Both the position numbers and the translations under genes were made by a program. A DNA stretch of 16,983 nucleotides from Armatimonadota bacterium (lineage in GTDB: Bacteria > Armatimonadota > Zipacnadia > Zipacnadales > UBA5352), in assembly GCA_034722055.1 (NCBI GenBank), contig JAYENL010000326.1, positions 1-16,983 on the forward strand, given 5' to 3'. Positions 1-7,803 of the stretch are shown here, in pieces. Numbering within the stretch: the first letter of the stretch is position 1; each line of letters begins with the position of its first letter. A model generated the notes under the pieces. It did no database searches, was not told the DNA's origin, and saw nothing but the letters and a program-made list of their open reading frames with translations.

Positions 1-5
1 TACCA

Positions 6-257
6 TGGAGGGGCCGCCGCGAGCGAAGCGAGCGGGGCGCGGTCAGGAGCGGTAGCAACTGACCGCGCAGGTTCCACCCCGGCCCACTGGAGACCTTCGG
101 TCTCACGGGCTTCCAGCCCGACCATCAGCGCAGGCGCCCCCGCCTGCGCGGGCTTTAGGCCGTGGGCAAAGCTACGTGCCGGGCCGGGGTGGAACCTGAG
201 GCCTGTGAGCGTAGCGAGCAGGCCTCACCGGGCGCTGCGCGCCCGGCGGCCCCTCCA
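6..257. repeat. Inverted doublet of branched REP-like units (REPIN/MITE-like palindromic element)
   Basis: Perfect 14-bp outer inverted repeat TGGAGGGGCCGCCG (6-19 / 244-257) and perfect 18-bp inner inverted repeat CAGGTTCCACCCCGGCCC (68-85 / 181-198). Local hairpins at 17-35, 37-68, 90-104, 106-120, 128-149, 198-226 and 228-246. A related unit recurs at 7922-7998. Confidence 0.75.
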
Positions 258-400
258 CCAGACACCCCCTCATCTCCAGGGCAACCAAGCCCCGAGTGTG
301 TTGGTCGTTAACATACGCTGAATTGTGCAAGTCAGCACTAGCTGCAAGCTCAGAATCGACCAACCGGAGCGATGACCATGCACTCGCAGGCGCCGGGGCC

Positions 401-1405
401 TCACACTAACTGCCCCACGCTCCACAGGCGCTTTCGCTCGCTGACCACCTCGACCGCGTGTCGCCTCTCCTCTTCGCTCAGCCGCCGCGACAGCTCCGGG
501 CGCTCCCACGCCCGCCAGAAGGGCACGTACTGCATCAGCAGCACCAGCTCTGTGTCCGGGAGCGCGTCCTCGAGCATCTCCGCCAGCGGGGCCGTGCAGC
601 AGTCGATGTGCCCCGGCAGGACCAGGTGCCGGAGCGCCACATCCGCCCACCTGCTGGCCTCCCGGAGCGCGGCCATGGCCGGCTGCACGTACTCGGCCAC
701 CCCCGACAGCTCCCGCGCGCAGTCGTCGTTGCCGTAGCGCACGTTGGCGATGAACAGGTCAACGCAGCCGCGGATCAGCTCCAGGCACTGCGGCGCGATG
801 AAGATCGTGCTCTCCCACATCACGGGCAGTGATACGTCCAGGGCCTGCAGGCCCCGCAGGATGGCGTGCACGTGCGGCTCAGGTGTGCCGCCCAGCAGCT
901 TGAGGGTCCTCGCTCCGTCGCGGGCGCCGGCGGCCACGTCCCGCGCGAATCGCTCCGGCTGCAGCAGATCGCCCTCATCCGGGCGCTGGAGCAGGTCGGG
1001 CTTGCGGCAATACAGGCAGCGCATGGTGCAGCCGCCCAGGAAGACGGAGTAGGCCGGCACGAGATCGGGCAGCTCCCCGAGGTGGACCATCTCGGCCGCC
1101 ACGTGCGTCTCCGCCCCCACCGCGCAGAAGCCCCGCTCTCCGGCCAGGCGGTCCACGCCGCAGGCATGGGGGCAGAGTCGGCAGTCGCTCAGGGCTCGGC
1201 GAGACAGCTCGATCTTCACGTCAAGCAGCGACGGGCTGCCGGCCGCATCGGCGCGATGCCCCAGGGCCTGCAGCCCTAGCGAGTGCGCCGCGGCCAGCTC
1301 CTCGTCGGTGGCTGTGTCCAGGTCGGCCAAGGGCACCGGCGTGGTGCGGCAGAGCTCGAAGGCCGGCGGCTCGCGCCCATCGCGGACGCGGATGAAGCGC
1401 CTCAG
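401..1405 (-). CDS. Radical SAM protein, PflX-like (PFL-activating-enzyme-related family); probable CTG start at 1405, ORF track start is GTG 1336
   Basis: N-terminal CRLCPHACGVDR..GERGFC motif, SAM-cluster motif CTMRCLYC (CxxxCxxC), LLGGTPEP, RHLVLPGHIDCC and MQYVP match the PflX family pattern. The frame stays open upstream of 1336 to CTG 1405, which has GGAGG 7 nt before it. Confidence 0.85.
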   Translation of the reverse strand: MRRFIRVRDGREPPAFELCRTTPVPLADLDTATDEELAAAHSLGLQALGHRADAAGSPSLLDVKIELSRRALSDCRLCPHACGVDRLAGERGFCAVGAETHVAAEMVHLGELPDLVPAYSVFLGGCTMRCLYCRKPDLLQRPDEGDLLQPERFARDVAAGARDGARTLKLLGGTPEPHVHAILRGLQALDVSLPVMWESTIFIAPQCLELIRGCVDLFIANVRYGNDDCARELSGVAEYVQPAMAALREASRWADVALRHLVLPGHIDCCTAPLAEMLEDALPDTELVLLMQYVPFWRAWERPELSRRLSEEERRHAVEVVSERKRLWSVGQLV

Positions 1406-3303
1406 GGCTCGCCCTCCCCCTCCTGCTCCTCGTCTTCGTCGTCCTCGATGGGGATGCTCCGGCCGGGCAGGTCCCCGCGGAGGAACTCATCGATGCCAAT
1501 GGCATCCTGGCGCCGATCCTCGTTCTCGGGCTCACCAAGCCCCAGAAGCACGCTGGCACCACGCAAGGCGTCTGCCAAAAAGCCGGTGCCGGAGCTGTCC
1601 GTCGGCGGCCGGGTGTACTGCGACGAGACCGGGCGGTGCGCGCCGCGGTCGAGGCGGAGGCGCACCTCCCGCAATGCCCGCCGCGCCTGGCCGTAGTCGG
1701 GGTCGGCGCGCAGAGCCATCTGCAGGTAGTGCTGGGCGGCCGGCTCATTGTGCTCCCCCAGGTAGCTGGTGGCCACCAGGTAGGCCACGCGGGCGTTGCG
1801 CGGCTCCTCCTCCAGCACCTCCAGCCACAGCTTGCGCGCCTGCCCATAGCGGCGCTGTCCGGCCAGCGCGGCCCCGAGGTGGATTACCGCCGAGCGCCGC
1901 ATCTCCTCGGACGGAGCTGCCTCCAGGACCTTCCGCAGCTCGTAGGCGCCCTCCCGGTCGCGCCCGTCGGCCACCAGCACCCGCCCCAGCTCGTGGCGCA
2001 CCTCCAGGTCGTCGGGCCGGTCCCTGAGCACCCGGCGATAGGCCGCCGCGGCCTCGGCGTACTTGCCATTGATCGCCAGCGCGTCCGCGAGGTCCCGCTG
2101 CACTTCGGCGTCGTCGGGAGCGCGCTGGGCGGCCATGCGGTAGGCCTCCTCGGCCTCCGCGAAGCGCTCCTCGACCAGCAGCCTGTCGCCGTGGCGCTGG
2201 AAGTAGGTCTGGGGCTCGCGGCGCTGCGGGGGGAGCGAGACGACGCGGCCCCGCCTCGTCCGCGGCGTGCCGCAGCGCTGGCAGACTCTCGAGCCCGGCC
2301 GGATCGGCCGCCCGCACTGCTCGCAGAACTGCACACCGCCCTCGGCCCGCCAGCCGCCGCCCGGCGCCCTCTCGGCCTCCTCGGCGACGGCCTCGGGCTT
2401 GGCCGCCTCCTCCACCAGGCTCTCCTCCACGTAGCGCTCGCCCTGAGCGTCCGCCCGCCAGGCCCGCGCCAGAGCCCCCTGCATCTGGCCGGCGCGCTGG
2501 TAGCGCTTACCGGGCTCAGCATCCAGCGCCTTGCGCACCACCGCCACGATGCCCGGCGCCTGCTGAGCGACCGCCTCCAGCAGCTCCTGGGGCGTCCTGC
2601 GCGCCGCCTGGCGCTCCACCTCCAGGAAGGTGAAACGCCCGCCCTGGGGCGGCTCCAGGTCCGGGCGGTCGGGGAGCACGCCGGTGAGCAGCTCGTGGAT
2701 GGTGGCGCCCACCGAGAAGATCTCGGAGGTAATGGCCGGCTCGGCGCCGGCGTGCACCTCCGGCGGGTGGTACTCGTCGGCGATGCTCGCCAGCGTCAGC
2801 CCCGTGCGCAGCCCCAGCAGAAGCTGCATGTGCCCGAAGTCGGTAAGCACGACCTGGCGGAAGCGGCGGTCGTAGTGGACGTTGTCGGGGCGCACGTCAA
2901 GGTGCAGCAGCCCGCGGAGATGGCCGAACTCCAGGGCGCTGAGGATCTGGCAGCCGATGGCCCACGCCTCCTCCACCGGCAGCGTCCCCTCCTGCGCCAA
3001 CACCTGCACCAGTGGCGGAAGCTCCACGTACTCCTCAGCCACGTAGACCCGCGTGCCCAGCCTCAGGACGTCGAGATTCTCGGCGATACCCGTGTGGGAG
3101 ATGCCCGACATCACCCGCGTCAGCCGCTTCAGCGCGGGATCGGTCCTGACGGCGTCGGCCTCCGGCGTCCCATGGCACTCGATCTCCCGGAGCGCCGCCT
3201 GGCGGCCGTCGGGACCCACCGCCAGCCAGGTTCGCCCGTGGCGGCCGGTGCCCAGCAGCCGCCGCACGGTGAAGTCGCCGATGGCGTCAGGTCGCCGGGC
3301 CAT
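1402..3303 (-). CDS. Ser/Thr protein kinase-like domain + double-CxxC zinc ribbon + TPR repeats + acidic tail (633 aa), probable pseudokinase
   Basis: Gly loop GTGRHG, HLDVRPDN, DFG, YHPPE and SEIFSVG. Zn ribbon CEQC...CQRC at about 2268-2328, followed by several TPR-like helical repeats. ATG 3303 overlaps the upstream stop (TGATG), so it is preferred over the 3426 start in the ORF track. Confidence 0.88.
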   Translation of the reverse strand: MARRPDAIGDFTVRRLLGTGRHGRTWLAVGPDGRQAALREIECHGTPEADAVRTDPALKRLTRVMSGISHTGIAENLDVLRLGTRVYVAEEYVELPPLVQVLAQEGTLPVEEAWAIGCQILSALEFGHLRGLLHLDVRPDNVHYDRRFRQVVLTDFGHMQLLLGLRTGLTLASIADEYHPPEVHAGAEPAITSEIFSVGATIHELLTGVLPDRPDLEPPQGGRFTFLEVERQAARRTPQELLEAVAQQAPGIVAVVRKALDAEPGKRYQRAGQMQGALARAWRADAQGERYVEESLVEEAAKPEAVAEEAERAPGGGWRAEGGVQFCEQCGRPIRPGSRVCQRCGTPRTRRGRVVSLPPQRREPQTYFQRHGDRLLVEERFAEAEEAYRMAAQRAPDDAEVQRDLADALAINGKYAEAAAAYRRVLRDRPDDLEVRHELGRVLVADGRDREGAYELRKVLEAAPSEEMRRSAVIHLGAALAGQRRYGQARKLWLEVLEEEPRNARVAYLVATSYLGEHNEPAAQHYLQMALRADPDYGQARRALREVRLRLDRGAHRPVSSQYTRPPTDSSGTGFLADALRGASVLLGLGEPENEDRRQDAIGIDEFLRGDLPGRSIPIEDDEDEEQEGEGEP

Positions 3304-3821
3304 CAGTCCCACCGGCGCACCCGAACGCGCACGCTGTCGTCGGCAAGGACCTCCTCCTCGACCACCTGGTAGCCCAGGGCCTCGGCCTCCTTCTTCACCT
3401 TCAGGTAGGCGTAGCGCTGGCGCCACTTCTCGGCGACCTCGGAGGTATCCACCTGCAGTCGCTGGGCGTCATCGGGACACCATTTGGCCACCACCTGGTA
3501 GATCCCCTCGCTGTCGCGCTTGAGGCCGATGACGTCCCCCGTGCCGGTGCGCACGATGACGTCGGTGCCCTGGAACTGTGCTGTCAGGCCCGCCTCGTCG
3601 ATCATGCTCCGCAGGCCCTCCGCCCGGTCCTCGTCGAGCACCTCGTCGAGGTTCAGCTCCCCGGCGGTCGCCTCCAGCATCATCTCGCGCAGCCGCCTTC
3701 GCTCAGCCGCGCGGTTCGCGGCCGCCACGGCCCCGCCTACCGCGAGGGCCGTGGCGTTCGTCGCAATCACGAAGATCGCCAGGTCCGCCAGCGCCAACCC
3801 GATGGCCACGCCACATGACAT
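3303..3821 (-). CDS. DUF1257/Ycf35-like protein with hydrophobic Ala-rich N-terminal extension
   Basis: The C-terminal half (GDVIGLKRDSEGIYQVVAKW...RQRYAYLKVKKEAEALGYQVVEEEVLADDSVRVRVRRW) matches the DUF1257 pattern. It lies directly downstream of a Ycf46-type ATPase, the usual partner. Purine-rich SD before ATG 3821. Confidence 0.8.
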   Translation of the reverse strand: MSCGVAIGLALADLAIFVIATNATALAVGGAVAAANRAAERRRLREMMLEATAGELNLDEVLDEDRAEGLRSMIDEAGLTAQFQGTDVIVRTGTGDVIGLKRDSEGIYQVVAKWCPDDAQRLQVDTSEVAEKWRQRYAYLKVKKEAEALGYQVVEEEVLADDSVRVRVRRWD

Positions 3822-3844
3822 CTGTCTCTCCCCCTCGCTGCGCT

Positions 3845-5374
3845 TCAGAACTCGAATCTGCGCCGCTCGGCGGTCGTCGCAGCCGCGTGCACGGAGGCCG
3901 GCCGGGCGCGCGTCTCCGCCCAGCTCCGCAGGGCGTCGATGTCCTCCCTGCGAGTGTCCGACAGGGGCACCGTGCTCTCGATGCTGCTCAGCATGTGCTG
4001 GGTGGTCAGCTCTCGCTGCTCGTCGAAGGCATCATAGAGCCCCGAGATGACCACCTGCTCGATCTCCGAGCCCGAGAAGCCCTCCGACGCCTGGGCCAAC
4101 TGAGCGATGTCGAACTTCGACGGGTCGCGGTCGCGCTTCTCAAGGTGGATGCGGAAGATCTCCTCGCGCTCGGACTCTGATGGCAGGTCGATGAAGAATA
4201 TCTCGTCGAAGCGCCCCTTGCGCATCAGCTCGGGCGGCAAGGCGGTGATGTCGTTGGCGGTGGCGATGACGAACACCGGCTCGGTCTTCTCCTGCAGCCA
4301 GGTGATGAAGCTGCCGAAGACGCGGGCGGTGGTGCCGGCATCCGAGAAGCTGGAGCTCTGCGTGCCCGAGAAGCCCTTCTCCAGCTCGTCCAGCCACAGG
4401 ATGCACGGGGCGATGGACTCGGACAGGCGCATGGCCCGGCGCATGTTCTGCTCCGAGGAGCCGACCACGCCCGAGAAGACCGATCCCACGTCCAGCCGCA
4501 GCAGCGGCAGGCGCCACAGGCTGGAGACGGCCTTCGCCGAGAGGCTCTTGCCGCAGCCCTGCACGCCGATGAGCAGGACGCCCTTGGGCTGGGGGAGGCC
4601 GAACTTGCGCGCCGCCTCCGTGAAGGCCTTCCCGCGCTTGCCCAGCCACTGCTTGAGGCTGTCGAGGCCGCCGATGTGCCCGAAGCGCTCCTCCGCGGAG
4701 TAGAACTGCAGGATCCCGGACTTGCGGATGATCTGCTCCTTCTCGGTGAGGACCACCTCGATGTCCTCGGGGCCCAGCCTGGCGTTGAGCACGACGGCCT
4801 TGGCGAAGGCGTCCTCCGCCTCCGACGCGGTGAGCCCCAGGCCGGCCTTCACGAGCTGCTCCCGGCCCTCCTCGTCGAGCTGAATGCGGATGTTGGGGTT
4901 GCCCTCCACCTGCTTGACGATGCCCGCCAGCAGCTTCTGCAGCTCCTCCTGGTCGGGCAGCGGGAAGTCGATGACCGTCACGTCCTTCTCCAAGTGATTG
5001 GGGATCTCCAGCACCGGCGAGACGATGATGAGGGTCTTGTAGCTGGCGCGGAAGGCTCGCGCCACGTCCCGGAGCTTGCGCTCCACGGTGGGATCGTCGA
5101 GGAATGGATCGAAGTCGCGCAGCACGAACAGGGCCGGGTCCTTGTGCTCCATGGCGAAGTCCAGCGCCCGCAGGGGGTCGGTCGTTGAGGGATCGCTCTG
5201 CTTGCCGCCCTCCTGGACCATCCCGCGGGTGATGGTCCAGGTGAACATCTGCTTGTCGCGCTTGCCCGCGATGCTCTTCAGCGCCTTCTCCACCCGCTCC
5301 TCCTCCCACGAGACCACGTAGAGGATGGAGTACCGGGCCCGGATCAGCACATCAATGCGCTGCGAGGCGTCCAC
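3845..5374 (-). CDS. AAA+ ATPase, Ycf46-like (509 aa)
   Basis: Walker A GVQGCGKS, Walker B ILWLDE, VIATAND sensor and [20 protein letters not shown] arginine-finger region. Ycf46-type N-terminal domain ([18 protein letters not shown]...PLRALDF...LFVLRDF). GTG start with GGAG upstream. Confidence 0.95.
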   Translation of the reverse strand: MDASQRIDVLIRARYSILYVVSWEEERVEKALKSIAGKRDKQMFTWTITRGMVQEGGKQSDPSTTDPLRALDFAMEHKDPALFVLRDFDPFLDDPTVERKLRDVARAFRASYKTLIIVSPVLEIPNHLEKDVTVIDFPLPDQEELQKLLAGIVKQVEGNPNIRIQLDEEGREQLVKAGLGLTASEAEDAFAKAVVLNARLGPEDIEVVLTEKEQIIRKSGILQFYSAEERFGHIGGLDSLKQWLGKRGKAFTEAARKFGLPQPKGVLLIGVQGCGKSLSAKAVSSLWRLPLLRLDVGSVFSGVVGSSEQNMRRAMRLSESIAPCILWLDELEKGFSGTQSSSFSDAGTTARVFGSFITWLQEKTEPVFVIATANDITALPPELMRKGRFDEIFFIDLPSESEREEIFRIHLEKRDRDPSKFDIAQLAQASEGFSGSEIEQVVISGLYDAFDEQRELTTQHMLSSIESTVPLSDTRREDIDALRSWAETRARPASVHAAATTAERRRFEF

Positions 5375-5524
5375 TCCAGGTCACGCTCCCGGTCCGCCAA
5401 TGAATGCTTCTGCTAGGACCTTTCCACAGCCGGAGGCCTGCACCTGCTCCACGACTCGGAAGGGACCGGCTCCCCGAGCGCGAAACTGCCCTTGCGCACC
5501 CACATCGCGACGCAGGGGGCCACC

Positions 5525-6244
5525 ATGGTTACCGTCTTCAACACCTGGAAAGAGATCGCCGACGAGCAGCCGGAGATCGCCATCCTCCCGGTCGGCTCGC
5601 TGGAGCAGCACGGCCACCATCTGCCCATCGCCACCGACTGGATCCGCGCCGATGACATGGGCCGGCGCATGGCCGAGCGCCTGGGCGACTGCTACCTGCT
5701 GCCCGCTATCGCCTACGGCAACTCCCAGGAGCACATGGACCTGCCGGGCACCATCACCCTCCGGCCCTCCACGCTGGCGCTGGTGATCGAGGACATCGTG
5801 CTGTCGCTGCGCCACCATGGCATCCGCAAGATCGTCATCCTCTCCTGCCATGGCGGCAACTGGATCCTCAAGCCCACCATCCGCCACCTCAACTTCCGCT
5901 ACGATGACCTGCGCATCATCCACGCCGACGGCCCACTGCTGTCCGAGCGAGAGCGCATGCCCCGGGAGACGCACGCCGGGGCCGGCGAGACCGGCCAGAT
6001 GCTGGCGCTGCGCCCGGAGCTGGTGAAGGGCCGGTCGCCGGACTTCTCGCCGGACGTGGGCCAGGAGTGGAACGACTACGTGGGCTACGGGACGAGCACC
6101 GAGACCGGGACGTGGGGCCGGCCCTCACAGGCGGACCCGGAGGCGTCGGAGGAGAGCATGGAGAGCGCGGTCGAGCACCGGGTGGCGTACATCCGTGAGA
6201 CCTTCGACCGCCTGGACGAGATGACAGGGCCGCTGGATGAGTGA
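5525..6244 (+). CDS. Creatininase / creatinine amidohydrolase family protein
   Basis: ILPVGSLEQHGHHLPIATD, GNSQEHMDLPGTITL, SCHGGN and HAGAGET motifs. ATG 5525 follows AGGGGG and is preferred over TTG 5492. Confidence 0.92.
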   Translation: MVTVFNTWKEIADEQPEIAILPVGSLEQHGHHLPIATDWIRADDMGRRMAERLGDCYLLPAIAYGNSQEHMDLPGTITLRPSTLALVIEDIVLSLRHHGIRKIVILSCHGGNWILKPTIRHLNFRYDDLRIIHADGPLLSERERMPRETHAGAGETGQMLALRPELVKGRSPDFSPDVGQEWNDYVGYGTSTETGTWGRPSQADPEASEESMESAVEHRVAYIRETFDRLDEMTGPLDE

Positions 6245-6315
6245 GTTGGGCTCTGTACTGGCCTATAGACACCAGTTGCGCAAGGGGCGTTTGCCCTGGG
6301 AGAGGCCGCCTGACG

Positions 6316-6332
6316 GCGCTCCGCAGGAGCGC
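6316..6332. other. Short GC hairpin between convergent genes
   Basis: GCGCTCC-GCA-GGAGCGC: 7-bp stem, GNA triloop, no U-tract. Confidence 0.3.
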
Positions 6333-6362
6333 ACGAAGTCGGCCCCCGGGCTGCTCAGGGTG

Positions 6363-6593
6363 CTACAGATACCCCAGCGACCGCAGGCGGGCCTTGACGC
6401 GCTCCAGCTCCTCCTCGGAGTACTCCTCCCCCTCGGCCAGGGCGTGGGTAGAGGCCAGGTCGCGGAGCACGTAGACCACGAACTCCGTCACCGAGTTGTA
6501 GCCCGCGCCGTCGATGATCTGCCCGATGCGCTCGTAGAGCGGGCGCGGGATCTTGATGGTCACCTTGTCTCCGCCGCGCGACTTCCTCGCCAT
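6363..6593 (-). CDS. Small CopG-like ribbon-helix-helix protein (76 aa)
   Basis: VTIKIPRPLYERI...GYNSVTEFVVYVLR strand-helix-helix pattern and C-terminal EEELERVKARLRSLGYL. SD GAGGAG 7 nt upstream of the ATG. Confidence 0.85.
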   Translation of the reverse strand: MARKSRGGDKVTIKIPRPLYERIGQIIDGAGYNSVTEFVVYVLRDLASTHALAEGEEYSEEELERVKARLRSLGYL

Positions 6594-6864
6594 TGGTTAA
6601 CTCCTCGACCGGCGCTGAGCGGAAGATCACCTGCGTCCGCACTCATCGTGGTCTTTCGCCGTGGGGCGGCGGGTTCCCTGCCCGGCATACCGTCCCCGCA
6701 TGTCCCGGTGAGCACCTTAACCCGAAGAAGAATTCTCTACAGGCGGAGGAAACTATTGTCCGATGCCGAAATACCCGCACGCGAATAGGGAGGCCACCCG
6801 GAGATTGCGCCGGGCGTCTTGCCTCTACAACTGTACCAAGCTCACCCCAGGAGGTGTCTGGAGT

Positions 6865-7536
6865 ATGCGCAAGGGCTTCACGCTCATCGAGCTGTTGGTC
6901 GTGATCGCGATCATCGCGATCCTGGCCGCAATCCTCTTCCCGGTCTTCGCCAGGGCACGGGAGAAGGCCAAGCAGGCGAGCTGTCTGAGCAACATGAAGC
7001 AACTTGTCCTCGGAGCGCACATGTACGTGACCGACTACGACGACTGCCTCTTCGGGCATCTTGCGGGAACACGACACCCGCAGACGCCAGACGAGCCGGA
7101 ATGGCCATGGGACTCCCCCTACTATAACTGGCAACAGCAGGTCTACCCGTATGTCAAGAACGAGCAGCTCTACGTCTGCCCCTCCCTCCCCACCTACGAC
7201 TGGCACTACAACGGCCGGGATAACACCCTGGGGTACGGCATGAACTACTGGGTGACCTACTTCTACAACTACCTCAACCTCTCCGACTTCGAGAGGCCGG
7301 CGGAAACCATCTGGTTCACGGACTGCAAGTACTACGTGGTCTACCCCACCTACTACCTGTGGAGGTACCCGGACCACTACGCGTACGGCAAGGACGGCTT
7401 CGCGCGTCTGGACATTCGCCATAACAATGGCGCCAATGTCGGGTTCATCGACGGCCATGCCAAGTGGATGAACCGCCAGACGCTTGAGGGCGATCACGGG
7501 CTCTATGGCGACTCCCAGTTCTGGTACGGACGTTAA
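6865..7536 (+). CDS. Prepilin-type N-terminal cleavage/methylation protein with H-X9-DG motif (DUF1559-like, 223 aa)
   Basis: [48 protein letters not shown]-terminus, YVCPS, GYGMN and [26 protein letters not shown] at 6849-6855. Confidence 0.93.
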   Translation: MRKGFTLIELLVVIAIIAILAAILFPVFARAREKAKQASCLSNMKQLVLGAHMYVTDYDDCLFGHLAGTRHPQTPDEPEWPWDSPYYNWQQQVYPYVKNEQLYVCPSLPTYDWHYNGRDNTLGYGMNYWVTYFYNYLNLSDFERPAETIWFTDCKYYVVYPTYYLWRYPDHYAYGKDGFARLDIRHNNGANVGFIDGHAKWMNRQTLEGDHGLYGDSQFWYGR

Positions 7537-7602
7537 TGGCGCCTGACGCCCAGGTGTGTATGTAGCTCAGAGCTGCCGTTCGTGGAACGCGAGGCGAGGA
7601 CG

Positions 7603-7629
7603 GGGGCGGTCGATTATGGCCGCCCCTAT
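7603..7629 (-). repeat. GTAG-type REP-like palindrome (ATAG variant)
   Basis: Minus strand reads ATAGGGGCGGCC-ATAATC-GACCGCCCC. Confidence 0.45.
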
Positions 7630-7743
7630 CGCCGTACGCGGGCACCGCGCCAGATCCGTGGACCAGAAGGCTCCCGAACCTCTCCCTCAACTCTCGAACC
7701 CCCGCCATTCGCGCAGGTCGGCCTGCGCCTGACAGCGTGCCTG

Positions 7744-7769
7744 GGGCGCGGCACAGGTCCGCGCCCTAC
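7744..7769 (-). repeat. GTAG-type REP palindrome
   Basis: Minus strand reads GTAGGGCGCGG-ACCTGTG-CCGCGCCC, the classic tetranucleotide-plus-hairpin layout. Confidence 0.65.
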
Positions 7770-7803
7770 AGCAAACGCCGCCCACTGTGCCGTTGCCGTA
7801 TGG

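Noticed and set aside
279..364. Integron attC site
   Set aside because: The GTT and AAC cores of the main stem are in the wrong order for an attC, and there is no cassette array or integrase in view.
1636..3372. 578-aa plus-strand ORF and similar long antisense ORFs (8352-9566, 6643-7497, 10412-11509, 12225-13286, 16031-16957)
   Set aside because: They overlap well-supported genes on the opposite strand and show no domain motifs, which is typical of high-GC3 coding DNA.
6805..6831. Sigma-70-like promoter TTGCGC...TACAAC upstream of the prepilin gene
   Set aside because: The 15-nt spacer and weak -10 box give too little support.
7630..7710. Relic of an IS200/RAYT transposase (minus-strand fragments RELRERFGSL and SGPRIWRG)
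   Set aside because: Too short, in different frames, and with no HUH motif or catalytic Tyr context. A translated search would be needed.
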